Of a stretch of DNA of 64,000 bases, positions 12,050 through 25,241 are shown piece by piece. The notes under the pieces were generated by a model. It saw only the letters and a program-made list of their open reading frames with translations, was not told the DNA's origin and did no database searches. This stretch comes from Raja brachyura (Eukaryota): positions 16,926,001-16,990,000 of the forward strand of contig OY740792.1 of NCBI GenBank assembly GCA_963514005.1. The letters run 5' to 3'. Within the stretch, counting starts at the first letter, position 1. Every line of letters starts with the position of its first letter. The translations under genes were made by a program, and so were the position numbers.

Positions 12050-14737
12050 ACGGAGACATGGCTCACCCTCAGCTCCCCAGACTCACCGGTCCAGCGTGAA
12101 GGATTCTCCATCCACCGCATGGTCCGTACACTGGCATCTGGGAAAGGGAGGAGGGGGCGTTTGCCTCATGGTCAACTCTGCGTGGTGCTCAGACATGGCA
12201 GTCCTGTCCAATTCCTGCTCTCCACACCTCGAACACCTGGCGGTGAAGTGCCGTCCCTTCTGCCTTCAGAGGGAATTCACCTCCATCATCCTGATCGCGG
12301 TCTACATCCCACCCCAGGCAGACGTCCGTCTGGCACTGGAGGAGTTGCACGCCGTGGTCAACAAACACCAGACGTCTTACCCCGATGCATTTACCACCAT
12401 TGCTGGGGACTTCAATAAGGCAAACCTAAAGAAATCACTCCCCAACTTCCACCAACATGTCTCCTGCTGCACCAGAGGACTAAACACCCTCGACCATTGC
12501 TACACCACCATCAAGAATGCTTATCGCTCTATCCCTCGCCCTCACTTCAGTAAATCCGACCATACCGCGGTGCTGCTTCTTCATGCCTACAGGCAGCAAT
12601 TAAAACGCGCACCCACAGAGGTGAGGACAGTACAGAGCTGGTCGGGGGGGGGGAGACGAACAATTACAGGACTGTATGGAGTCTGTAGACTGGGCAATGT
12701 TCAAGGACTCGGCAACGGACTTGAACGAATATGCCACAGTCGTTACAGACTTCATTACGAAATGTGTGGAGGACTGCATCCCCACAAAAACCTTCCGAGT
12801 GTTTCCCAATCAGAAACCTTGGATCAACTTTGAGAACCGCACTCTTCTGAAGACCAGACACCGGGCATTCATGTCTGATGATACTGTGGTCTACAAGAAG
12901 TCCAGATACGACCTTGGTAAGGCCATCAAAAAGGCCAAAAGGGACTTCTGCTCCAGGCTGGAGGATGAGACAGATGCTCGGCAGCTGTGGTGGGGCCTGA
13001 ATGCAATCACTTCCTACAAGGCGAAACCAGGAGGCAGCTCGGATGTCGGCGATACATCACTCCCTGATGAGCTCAATGCGTTTTACGCATGCTTTGATAG
13101 GGAGAACACTGATATGCCTTCCCGAGCCCCCATTCGCTGTGATGATATTTCAGTCTCAGTCACAGAGGCCAACGTCAGGAAATCCTTCAGGGGGGTGAAC
13201 CCTCGAAAAGCGCCTGGACCCAATGGTATACCTGGTCGTGTTCTAAAAACCTGTGTGGACCAACTGGCTGGAGTATTTACGGACATGTTCAATCTCTCAC
13301 TTCTGAGGTTCCCACCTGCTTCAAAAGGGCATCAATTATACCAGTGCCCAAGAAGAGTAAGGTGACGTGCCTCAATGACTATCGACCAGTGGCACTAACG
13401 CCTGTGGTGATGAAGTGCTTTGAGAAGTTGATCATGGCGCAAATCAACTCCTACCTCGACAAAACCTGTACCCACTGCAGTTCGCTTACCGCCACAACAG
13501 ATCAACGGTGGATGCGATCTCGCTGGCTCTCCACTCCACTCTGGACCACTTGGACAACAAAAACTCATATGTCAGGCTGTTATTCATCGATTACAGCTCG
13601 GCATTTAACACAATCATCCCCTCCAAGCTGGTTACCAAACTGGCAGAACTGGGTCTCTGCGCATCCCTCTGCAATTGGATCCTCGACTTCCTCATTCACA
13701 GACCACAGTCTGTTCGTATTGGTGGAAATGTGTCAGACTCGATAACAATCAGCACGGGAGCACCTCAAGGCTGTGTGCTCAGCCCCCTGCTGTACTCTCT
13801 ATACTCTTGACTGCGTAGTCGGTCACAGTGCGAACTCCATCATCAAGTTAGCTGACGACACCACTGTTGTGGGACGTATCACTGATGGGGATGAGTCGGA
13901 GTACAGAAGAGAGATTGAGCAACTGTCCATATGGTGCCAGCACAATAACCTGGCCCTCAACACCAGCAAAACCAAGGAACTGATTGTGGACTTTGGAAGG
14001 AGTAGGATGGGGACCCACAGTCCCGTTTATATCAACGGGTCGATGGTTGAAAGGGTCAAGAGCTTCAAATTCCTGGGCGTGCACATCTCTGAAGATCTTT
14101 CCTGGTCCGAGAACACGGATGCAATTATCAAGAAAGCACATCAGCGCCTCTACTTCCTGAGAAGATTACAGAGAGTCAGTTTGTCAAGGAGGACTCTCTC
14201 TAACCTACAGGTGCACAGTAGAGAGTTTGCTGACCGGTTGCATCGTGGCTTGGTTCAGCAACTTCAGCGCCCTGGAGAGGAAAAGACTACAAAAAGTAGT
14301 AAACACTGCCCAGTCCATCATCGGCTCTGACCTTCCTTCCATTGAGGGGATTTACCACAGTCGCTGCCTCAAAAAGGCTGGCAGTATCATCAAAGGCCCA
14401 CACCATCCTGGCCACACACTCATCTCCCTGCTACCTTCAGGTAGAAGGTACAGGAGCCTGCAGAATGCAATGACCAGGTTCAGGAATAGCTACTTCCCAC
14501 AGCCATCAGGCTATTAAACCTGGCTCGGACAAATCTATGAACATTAATAACCAATTATCTGTTATTTGCACTTTATCAGTTTATTTATTCATGTGTGTAT
14601 ATATTTATATAATGGTATATGGACACACTGATCTGTTTTTTGTAGTCAATGCCTACTATGTTCTGATGTGCTGAAGCAAAGCGAGAATTTCATTGTCCTA
14701 ACAGGGACACATGACAATAAACTCACTTGAACTTGAC
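12050..14737 (+). mobile_element. Near full-length Rex1/Babar-type LINE (AP endonuclease + RT), frameshifted
   Basis: AVYIPP, AGDFN, TLDHCY, SDH (endonuclease); [33 protein letters not shown] (RT); cttgaacttga tail. Confidence 0.9.
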
Positions 14738-14965
14738 ACTAAAAAAAATACGAATTATTTTCTACCAAAATGGATGACAACACATTTTTCCACATTGTAT
14801 TCCATCTGTCATCTGGCTCATTCACTCAGTTTCTCTACATCCCCATCAAGACTTTCGGTAGAACGCCATATGAAAATACCACACAAGAGGCTATTATAAT
14901 TTGAGCAAAGGGGATTGAGGATTGGGTTGGAATAAAATCAGAATAGGAATAAATACAGAATATTG

Positions 14966-16823
14966 GAAGGTAGACAAAAATGCTGGAGAAACTCTGCGGG
15001 TGAGGCAGCATTTATGGAGCGAAGGAATAGGTGATGTTTTGGGTCGAGACCCTACTTCAGACTGGTGTCGGGGGGGGGGGGGGGGGGGGAAATGAAAGGA
15101 AGAGGCGGAGACAGTGGTATGCGGGAGAGCTGCGGAGGGGAAGGAGGGAGAAAGCAAGGAGTACCTGAAATTGGAGGTCAATGTTCATACCGCTGGGGTG
15201 TAAACGACCCAAGCGAAGTATGAGATGCTGCTCCTCCAATTTGCGGTGGGACTCACTCTGGTCATGGAGGAGGCCCAGGACGGAAAGGTCAGATTCGGAA
15301 TGGGAGGGGGAGCTGAAGTGCTGAGCTACCTGGAGATCAGGTTGGTTATTGCGAACTGAGCGGAGGTGTTGGGCTTCGCAATCGTCAAGCCTACGCTTGG
15401 TATCACCGATGTAAAGCAGTTAACCCCTGGAAAAGCAGATGCAAAAGATGAGTTTGGAGGAGGTGCAGGTGAGCCTCTGCCTCACCTGGAAAGACTGCTT
15501 GGGTCTTTGGATGGAGTCGAGGGGGGAGGTATAGTGACAAGTGTAGCATTTCCTGCAGTTGCAAGGGAAAGTACCAGGGGAGGGGGTAGTTTTGGTGGGA
15601 AAGGGCAAATTGGCCAGGGAGTTACTGAGGGAACGGTCTCTGCGGAAAACAGAAAGGGGGGAAGAAGTGGCCAGTGGTGGGATCCTGTTGGTGGCGAAAA
15701 TGTCGGAGGATTATGTGTTGTATACGGTGGCTGGTAGGGTGGAAGGTGAGGACAAGGGGGACTGTCTTTGTCACGTGTGGGGGAGATGGGGAGTGAGAGC
15801 GGAGCTACGGGACATAGAGCAGACCCTGGTGAAAGCCTCATCTATAGTCGAAGAGCGGGATCCCCGTTCCCTAATCTCCAATGCCCTGATTTGGAACACC
15901 TCATCCTGGGTGCAGATGTGGCGTAGACGGAGGAATTGGGAGTAGGGGATAGAGTTCTTACAGGAAGCAGGGTGGGAAGAAGTGTAGTCCAGATAGCCAT
16001 GGGAGGCAGTGGGTTTGTAGTAGATGTCAGTCAGTAGTCTGTTATCTGCGATGGAGATGGTGAGGTCTAGAAATAGTAGGGAGATGTCGGAAATGGTCCA
16101 GGTAAATCTGAGTGCCGAATGTAAATTAGTGGTGAAATGGATGAAGTCAGCGAGTGCAGGAGGTGGCACCAATGCAGTCGTCAATGTAGCGGAGGTAGAG
16201 TTCGGGGATAGGGCCACGGAACGCGTCGAACAAGGATTGTTCGACGTACCCTACAAAGAGGCAGGCATAGCTGGGGCCCATGCACGTGCCCATAGCTACA
16301 CCTTGGATTGAGGAAATGGGAGGAGTCAAAGGAAAAATTGTTGAGGGCAAGGACCAGCTTAGACAGGGATTGGTTGGTTCTGCGGTCGAGGGGTTTAAGA
16401 CCCTTCTGGTGGGGGATGGAGGTGTAGAGTGACTGGACATCCATGGCGAAGACGAGGGAGTGGGGACTTGGAAAACAGAAGTCATGAAGGAGTCAAAGAG
16501 CGTGTGAGGTGTCTTGGACATAGGTTGGGAGGAATTTGACCGGGGGGGGGGGGGGGGGGGATAGGATGGAGTCGAGGTATGTGCATAAAGTTCAGTGGGA
16601 CAAGATCAAGCAGAAACAATGAGTCTGCTAGGTACTCAAGTTTGTGGATTTTGGGGAGAAGATAGAATCGGGCTGTGCGGGGCTGGGGAACGATGAGGTT
16701 GGAGGTTTGGGAGGGCAGGGTGCCGAAAGCGTTGAAGCCAGTGATGGTGCTTGAGATAATGGCTTGGTGCTCGTCTGAGCGGTCATGTTCCAAGGCGACG
16801 AAGTGTGTGAGGTCGAGGTATGT
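14966..16823 (-). mobile_element. Penelope-like element (RT + GIY-YIG endonuclease), 5'-truncated and frameshifted
   Basis: ARFYLLPKIHK, MDVQSLYTSIP, GVAMGTCMGPSYA, RYIDD, CNCRKCYTC, EEQHLILRLGRLHPSGMNID; 12-bp TSD tacagaatattg at 14954 and 16824. Confidence 0.9.
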
Positions 16824-17562
16824 TACAGAATATTGCAAAGTCAAGTAACATCAATGAGGAGAAATATTACCAAATCATTGTCAAGTTGCTATGACTGTTG
16901 CAGGGTGCTATATTGAACAAATTTCCAAATGGAGCTGAACATGCTCGCCGCATGTGTGATTGAGACACATCATTTACACCTGTTTTCGTGGCATGCTAAC
17001 CCTGACATCAGGTGCCAAAATGTAAACATATTCCATTCCTTTTAACAAGATTTTTTTGTACAAGACTTTGACAACTCTTCAGAACGTATTGACTAAGTAA
17101 TTAGCGGAATATCCATTAGCTCTTAGCACAGTCTCGTCATCTTCAATCAACAATCCAACATCCAGTGACAACAAAATGATTGAGATTCATTTTATATCGG
17201 GTATCCACGATATGCTCAAAGTGCTATACATTGAAATATCATTATTGCTATGCAGCTGAATGCAGCAGTTATTCTATGAAAAGAAAGATTCGACAAACAG
17301 ATGGAAACCAATTAAATTATCACGCTTGGAAGAAGCATTTGGAACAGAACATTAGGAGAACGTTTTTTTTTTTACCCTGAGCAGAGCCATCGAAAAATCA
17401 CTGGAACAGATTTGGTTTAAAACAACCCTTCTGAAAGATGCTAATGTAGCACTCCCTTACTATTATATCCAGTATCTGCCTGGCTTACATGATAAAGTTC
17501 AAGAGCATCTTTGATTTTTTTTTTAAATTAATTTTTGTTTTTGAACAAGTTAGGCTGGTTCG

Positions 17563-17975
17563 AACATAGAACAGTACAGGAAAGGGCCCTTCATTCTACA
17601 ATGTTTGTGTCAAACATGATGCCTATCTGAAATTATCCCATCTGCCAGCACATGATCCATATTCCTCTATTCCTTGCGCTTCCAAGTGCCTACCTAAATT
17701 CCACTATCGTATCCACCTCCACTACGACCCCCTCGGAATACACTCCATGCCCCCACCACCTTCTGTGTAAAGAACTTGCCCTGCACATCTCTGTTAAAGT
17801 CTCACCCTCTCAACTGATAGCTATTCCCTCTAGTGTTGGATATTTTCACCTTGGGGGAAAAAGGTTCTGACTGTCTAACCTATCTACGCCTCTTATAATT
17901 TTATATACTTCTGTCAAGTCTCCCCTCAACCTCCAACTCTCGAGAGAAAACAATCCATCTAGTCTACCTATCCAT
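17563..17975 (-). mobile_element. CR1 3' end (degraded)
   Basis: gaacatagaacagtacag start; tctcccctcaacctcc. Confidence 0.65.
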
Positions 17976-18076
17976 GTATCTGAAATCCTCTAATGGAAGG
18001 GGGACAGTTAGGCAGTGTTCAGGTAAGGTGTTGGGGAGAGTTAGACAGTATTCAGGTAATGAAAGAGGGAGAGTTA

Positions 18077-18290
18077 TGCCCCCGACCCACTTAGGAAACC
18101 TGAACGGAAACCTCTGGAGACTGCGTCCCACCCAAGGTTTCCGCGCGGTTTCCGAAGGTTCCTGGAGGTTTTTGTCAGTCTCCCTAATGGTCCAAACTGA
18201 CAAAAACCTCCGGGAACCACACGGAAACTTTGGGTGGGGCACAAAGTCGCCAGAGGTTTCCGTTCAGGTTTCCTAAGTGGGACAGGGGCA
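18077..18290. mobile_element. PIF/Harbinger-type palindromic MITE
   Basis: ~95-bp inverted arms TGCCCC(CGA/TGT)CCCACTTAGGAAACCTGAACGGAAACCTCTGG; TTA on both flanks. Confidence 0.85.
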
Positions 18291-19124
18291 TTAGGCAGTA
18301 TTCAGGTAGACCTCTGCATCCTTTCCAAAGCAGATTACGTATATTGACACAGAAACGCAATTTGTATTAAATTGTGTTCCCAGAAAGGGACCTATTGTGA
18401 GGAATTTTCTATTGAGGCCACTTTGTATTCTCAGTGGGATAGAATCTAAGCTGCGAGGGGGAAATTTTAAAATTGTCCCACAAATTAACCAAAGTGAAAA
18501 ACATTGTAATGAGTTATTGTCTCTGTAGCTGTCATGCAAACCATCTTGATAAAAAAAACATGTTTCCCAAGGAGAGAGATTACGCTGTTGAGGCGGACAA
18601 GTTGACTCTGAACTACTCTTGCAATCCTGTCATTACTTTTATTAACCTTGCAAGGTCAACTCTCGGAATAATGAGAATTTCACTGACAGATTTGTGTCAG
18701 ACAACTGTGATTTCCTTCACATTTCAAGGTCACTCCTGGTTGTGAAGCAACGATATAAGCATCTGAAACAACGCAACACATTTTTATTTAACATCCAGCC
18801 AGATGGTGATGTGGGCTATTAATATAGGGAGAATTTTGGAATTAGGATCATATAATTTTAACTGTGTAATTATGATGTTAAAATAAAAGGTTTAGGTGTC
18901 CTAATGCTCATCAGATCCATAAATAGCCTCAAGCTTGGAAACTGATTAATTTATGATGGTCTTCGTGGTTTTAGATTTACACATTTTAATGGAATTGCTT
19001 TCAATAATTATATTCTCTAACAGAAACTAAACTCCACTAGCACGAAAGTCAAGGGAACTGCAAAACAGAGTGCAAAGAAAACACAGATTTCTACAGAGTA
19101 CAGTTTAAATTTCTTTAGACGTTT

Positions 19125-19625
19125 TGAGATACTTTAGAGATATAGCACAGAAACAGGCCCTTAAGTCCACTGAGTCCGTGCTGACTAGCGATCAACCCGT
19201 ACACTAGCGCTATCCTACACACTAGGGACAAGTTATAATTTTTACCGAAGCCAATTAAGCTACAAACCTGTACATCTTTGCTGTGTGAGAGGAAACCGGA
19301 GCACCCCGATGAAACCCACCCGGTCACAAGGAGAAAGTACAAACTGCCACACCGCACCAGGTACATGGGTACAATCGTGATTTTGGGTGATGTCTGCGTA
19401 GAGTTTGCAGGTTCTCTTTGTGACTGTGCAGGTTTCCTCTTGGTGCTCCAGATTTCCCCACTCATCTCACAGACATGCAGGTTTGAACTATATGTTTGCT
19501 CAGATGTATATGGAGTGGATGCGAAAGTGGGGTAACAAAAAAAAGGTGTGAATGGAGAATCAATTGTTAGCGTGGAGCCAGTGGGCCGAAGAGATTGTTT
19601 CCATGCTGTATTTTTCAATCAATTT
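19125..19625. mobile_element. Two V-SINEs head-to-head (minus copy ~19125-19365, plus copy ~19385-19625)
   Basis: V-SINE core and CR1-derived tail in both orientations. Confidence 0.7.
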
Positions 19626-20977
19626 AATCAAAAAAGAAAATGTAAATATTTTGAGCTTTCCCACCTATCAAATGGTCTGCGGTTAACCTGATACCTCAGT
19701 TAGACATCAGGATAACATGGTTATGGAACCACCCAATGGAGAAGCCAATTTGCTCCTCTGATGTTAGAGGTGAGCAGTTTGCCATCTGGTGACCTAGTCC
19801 AGTAAGAGATAAAACAACAAAACGAGGGCATAATTCTTGATGGGTTTAGAACCTGTTACCATTTACCTACATAAATATATGTTTAGACTGTGGCACATGT
19901 GTGTCTGTATCGAGTTCAGCATTACACCCCAGAATTCATCAATGCCAAACCAGTTCAGACCATTTCTTTGGATTATTTATCACAGGATAGAAACTTTGTC
20001 AACAACCCATTATTTACTGTCCATCCTTAACTGTCCCCTGAACTAAGTGAATTACTAAATCATTTCAGAGGATAGATAAGAGTAGGTTGGAGTCACTGCC
20101 TAGATTAGATTCGGAATGAAGAATTTCCAGCCGCAAGTAGAGAAGGTAATCAAATTAGATTTTTACTTAGTATGTTGGTTCGGATACAATGTTTACATGC
20201 TTCAGGCTATTTTATTTTACCTTTATTGACTGTTCTGTATATTTTTTAAATTTCCAATCATGTTTCATAGTTAAACATCACGCATATTCAGAGGTTTCAT
20301 GAATGAGGCCTGTTCTGCCTTATCATGTGACTCGATTACATTATTCAAGGCAATGGCACCATGTTCGGTCTCAATGAACAAAATCAAATCTAAAAGCATT
20401 GAACTTTAAAATTTTAAATCCCTGACACAATCTGCATGGGAAGGAAAGGTATAGTTTGCCACACAGAAACAAAGACATTTAGGTAATGTACAGTATTTTT
20501 CGCAGACATGCTTACAAAGAATGAGTAGGAAGGAACTGCAGATGCTGGTTTATACCAAAGAGAGTCACAAAGTGCTGGAATAACTCAGTGGGTTAGGCAG
20601 CATCTCTGGAGAAAAATGGATGGGTGACGTTTTGGGTCGGAACTCGACTTCAGACAGACCCTTCTTCTGTCCGCTTACAAAAAATGTTTTTTTTGCAAAT
20701 AGGTTATTATTTCATGAAGAGATATCTCTTTTGAAGACCATTTAGATATGAGAAATAATAAAGCAAGAAATTAAATTGAAACACTAAAACTAATTAATAG
20801 CTAGCATGCAACACCACATCTTACTGTTAAGAATAAAGTTTCAATGACTGATTTTAAGGTTAGGGTTTCCAATAAAAAGTTGGATTTGAAACTTTCCCCT
20901 CATAACATTTTCAACATAGATAAGGTGACAAGTTCGTAGTTGGGAAAACAGGTCTATTTTTTGATACTTTGGCATAC

Positions 20978-21062
20978 CTGATGTAATTAATCCACTGAAA
21001 AGAGGTAGCAGGAAACACGGGTCATAAAGGTTCTTCTCTTTGAACAGCATCTCCTGTCCTCC
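20978..21062 (-). CDS. URB1: URB1 exon: GGQEMLFKEKNLYDPCFLLPLFSGLITS
   Basis: LYDPCFLL motif; CAG/GTATG; 85 nt. Confidence 0.92.
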
Positions 21063-21247
21063 CTGAAGGGAACAAAAAAAACATTGATGGATCTGTCATA
21101 AAATATTGAATGGATAAAACTGTTCAAGTTTGAACTGATTGTTATAGTTTGACACACAGAAACAAAGACATTTAGGTAATTTACAGTATTTCGCAGACAT
21201 GCTTACAAAGAATGTGTAGGAAGGAACTGCAGCTGCTGGTTCACACC

Positions 21248-21913
21248 GGTCCTTGTACACCGGTCACTGAAAGTTGGCTTACAGGTACAGCAGGCAGTGA
21301 AGAAAGCTAATGGAATGTTGGCCATCATAACAAGAGGATTTGTGAGACCACATCTGGAGTATTGTGTACAGTTTTGGTCTCCTAATTTGAGGAAGGACAT
21401 CTTTGTGATTAAGGCAGTGCAGCGTAGGTTCACGAGATTGATCCCTGGGATGGCGGGACTGTCATATGAGGAAAGATTGAAAAGACTAGGCTTGTATTCA
21501 CTGGAGTTTAGAAGGATGAGGGGGGATCTTATAGAAACATATAAAATTATAAAAGGACTGGACAAGCTAGATGCAGGAAACATGTTCAGATTTTTGGGCG
21601 AGTCCAGAACCAGGGGCCACAGTCTTAGAATAAAGGGGAGGCCATTTAAGACTGAGGTGAGGAAAAACTTTTTCACCCAGAGAGTTGTGAATTTATGGAA
21701 TCCCCTGCCAGAGGGCAGTGGAGGCCAAATTACTGGATGGATTTAAGAAAGGGTTAGATAGAGCTCTTGGGGCTAGTGGAGTCAAGGGATATGGGGAGAA
21801 GGCAGGCACAGGTTATTGACAGGGGACGATCAGCCATGATCACAATAAATGGTGGTGTTGGCTTGAAGGGCCGAACGGCCTCCTCCTGCACCTATTTTCT
21901 ATGTTTCTATGTT
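21248..21913 (+). mobile_element. CR1 3' end
   Basis: VRPHLEYCVQFWSP...FFTQRVVNLWN; ttctatgtttctatgtt tail. Confidence 0.9.
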
Positions 21914-21976
21914 ATCGTAATTTAGCGTCAGCTTACATATGTCCTGAGTTAAAGAAGAATTAAAAACTAAACATAC

Positions 21977-22145
21977 CTCAGGCAATATACGTCTATGTTG
22001 TGGAAAGTTAATGATTGTCTGCAACATTTTCTCTCTGTCCAGTAATGACAAGATTTCTTCCATGCTCGGTTGTTGCCACAAGGACTTCCCCAAGCTCTTG
22101 CGAGTCTTGTGATGTTCGACAGCTGCCGGGCCCCAAAATAGCTGC
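21977..22145 (-). CDS. URB1: URB1 exon: QLFWGPAAVEHHKTRKSLGKSLWQQPS...RRILPE
   Basis: WGPAAVEHHKT..SLG.SLWQQPS nearly invariant; TAG/GTATG; 169 nt. Confidence 0.95.
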
Positions 22146-22454
22146 CTAAAAACGAATGTTACAGCTGTGTAACTACATATAAATGTCTACATTCTTCTAT
22201 TCTCTGAAAACAAACAATTTGTACTTTTTCTGGTCAACCCTATTCTATATTTCTTATTCTATTCTTTTTAAACACAGGTTTGTGCAAGATCTCACAAAAT
22301 ATAATTTGGTTCAAAATAAAATAAGACTTCTACCGATCACTTCATACATATTTTTCTCCACCAAGTGCTCTATAAAGAATAAAAACTGGAAAACAGGATC
22401 ATCCTGTCACACAATAAGTCTCATAATTTGCATAAAAATAAAGCAAAACGAGGA

Positions 22455-23721
22455 CCAAAGTTGTGCCAATGACAGTCAAAGAAGCCATTATGAGATTGAG
22501 AAACAAGAATAAAACTGTTATAGAGACATCAGCCAAACCTTAGGCTTACCAAAATCAACTGTTTGGAACATCATTAAGAAGAAAGAGAGCACTAGTGAGC
22601 TTACTAATAGCAAAGGGACTGGCAGGCCAAGGAATACCTCCACAGCTGATGACAGAAGAATTCCCTCTATAATAAAGAAAAATCCCCAAACACCTGTCCA
22701 CAGATCAGAAACACTCTTCAGGAGTCTGGTACAGATTTGTCAATGACCACTGTCCGCAGAAGACTTCATGAACAGAAATACAGAGGCTACACAGCAAGAT
22801 GCAAACCACTGGTTAGCCACAATAATAAGATGGCCAGATCACAGTTTGCCAAGAAGTTCTTAAAAGAGCAACCACAGTTCTTGAAAAGCGTTTTGTGGAC
22901 AGATGAGATGAAGATTAACTTATATTAGAGTGATGGCAAGAGCAAAGGAGAGAAGGAACTGCCCAAGATCCAAGCATACCACCTCATCTGTGAAACACAG
23001 TGATGGGGGTGTTATGGCCTGGACATGTATGGCTGCTGAAGGTATTGGCTCATTTATTTTCATTGATGATGCAACTGCTGGTGGTAGTAGCATGATGAAT
23101 TTTGAAGCATATAGACACATCATAGCTGCTCAAGTTCAAACAAATACCTCAAAACCCATTGGCCAGTGGTCAATTCTGCAGCAAGACAACGAATGATCCC
23201 AAACATACTGGTAAAGCAACAAAGGAGTTTTTCAAAGCTAAAAAATGGTCAATTCTTGAGTGGCCAAGTCAATCACCTAACCCAATTGAGCATGCCTTTT
23301 ATATGCTAAAGAGAAAACTGAAGGGGACTAGCCCCCAAAATAAGCATAAGGTAAAGATGGCTGCAATACAGGCCTGGCAGGGCATAACCAGAGAAGCCAC
23401 CCATGAATCACAGGCATCAATCAGTCATTGCATGCAAAGGATATGCAACAAAATACTAAACATGATTACTTTTATTTACCTGACATTGTTGTGTCCCAAT
23501 CATTATGGTGCCCTAAAATGCGGGGGGAGGGACTATGTATAAACACTGCTGTAACTTCTACATGGTGAAACCAAAATGTATAAAAATGGCCTTTAATAAA
23601 ATCTGACAATGTGCACTTTGACTACATTTGATTTTTTCCTATTACAAACCTGAAATTGTGGAGTACAGAGGCAAATAAATAAATGATGGGTCTTTGCCAT
23701 CAAACATTATGGAGGGCACTG
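22455..23721 (+). mobile_element. Tc1/mariner transposon, transposase pseudogene, left TIR missing
   Basis: GRPR, VLWTDEMKINLY, LQQDN.DPKH, WPSQSPNPIEH; right end ...ggagggcactg followed by TA. Confidence 0.9.
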
Positions 23722-23847
23722 TATATGCGGTGTTCTTGAATTGATCAGTTTTCTAACACGTATACCCACCATAAAATAGATTTCAGGCAATTTGTCCATC
23801 CGTAACCCTGAATCACAACAGTCAACTCCATTTCCTCTAATACTTAA

Positions 23848-23988
23848 TGTGTAGGAAGGAACTGCAAATGCGAGTTTAAACCGAAGACTCAGTCTGAAGA
23901 AGGGTCTTGACCCGAAACATCACCCATTCCTTCTCTCCAGAAATGCTGCCTGCACTGCGGAGTAACTCCAGCATTTTGTGTCTATTTT
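23848..23988 (+). repeat. Short Penelope-derived repeat with hammerhead-like core
   Basis: CTGAAGAAGGGTCTTGACCCGAAACATC at 23894-23921. Confidence 0.7.
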
Positions 23989-24772
23989 CCTACAATACCT
24001 TCTATAATAAGTTAATCAGGTACAGATTGAACTGGAGCCTTTTGTGAACTATGTGGTATACTGGTTTTATGGGTGAAGTTGTCCATACTCATGGGTGAAA
24101 TTGTCCAATTAAAATATTTTTCTACCTATTTAAAAATATTGCTCAAATAGGAACTGCATATAACAGACTGAAACAATAGACAACCGTACTGTGAAGGGAA
24201 AAAGAGAAAAAAAATCCACGGTAGACATGAATCATTGCAGAGCTTATGATTGTACCTGTGACAATTCAGTTCCCGCTCCTCATAAATGAACTGTTAAAAC
24301 CAAAGCCAATCTATCACAATAAAATACCAACAAACAAAGACACTGTGGCAGGAACTGAGAGTCTCTTCTGGTGCCTTGACCAATAAGTATACATCGAAGG
24401 CATCATTGTGTCTGTAACTCCACTATGCATAACTCGGTTGGGGATTTTCATTTGTTACAAAATTAAATATATTTCAAAATCTGACTGGGTATAAGGTATA
24501 TTGGTTCATTCCCTGGTTGTGAAAGGGAACAACTTGCCAAATCTGTCAAATGTGCGATCTCTACCACGAAGAAAGGCTTGGGACCAGGTGCATTGGAAAG
24601 ACATACATCTTATTAAAGTCGCTGAAACCTTTTTCTAGCATGGGAACACTTTCACCCTAAAATTTGTAATCAATCAAGGCGGATATTTGCAACTACCTTC
24701 TCAATGGCAATTATTAATGGGCATTAAATGCTTGACTTGCTTGTGACAACTCAAATACATGGAAAAACTCAC

Positions 24773-24836
24773 CCGAACTCAGCAAGGCTTATGTCATTTT
24801 TCTCATAGGACTGTAGAAGGAGCAGCAGCTTCTGAT
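24773..24836 (-). CDS. URB1: URB1 short exon: QKLLLLLQSYEKNDISLAEF
   Basis: AAG acceptor, GTGAG donor; 64 nt after a 92-nt intron. Confidence 0.88.
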
Positions 24837-24928
24837 CTTTATGAAGAAAAAAGGCAGATAATAAAATGGACATAAATGCGCCTGTTGTTCAACTGTATGA
24901 AATTTAGTCACAAAAATAGGATGCATAC

Positions 24929-25039
24929 CTGTAATGCTGAGTGTTGCTCCATATGCTCCCAGCATTACAGCAAAATGGTTGCTGTTGCACACTGATGGAC
25001 ATAGTCTGACCAAAACCAGTAACACATCAATTAAAGCAT
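24929..25039 (-). CDS. URB1: URB1 exon: ALIDVLLVLVRLCPSVCNSNHFAVMLGAYGATLSIT
   Basis: TAG/GTATG; 111 nt; HFAV.LGAYGATLS. Confidence 0.94.
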
Positions 25040-25241
25040 CTACCAAATAGAAATAGAACACAAAATCTTAATACAATCATGTTCAAAAGCGGTTACTTTT
25101 ATATAAGTTGATACGCTGAACAAAATTTACAGGAATTCAATGTTCAACCCAGAATCTCAAAGGACATACACGTCTTTGCATAAAGTGCAGTGATGATTCA
25201 CTATGATGATTTGGGACTTTAAGAAACAAATGCATTACATT

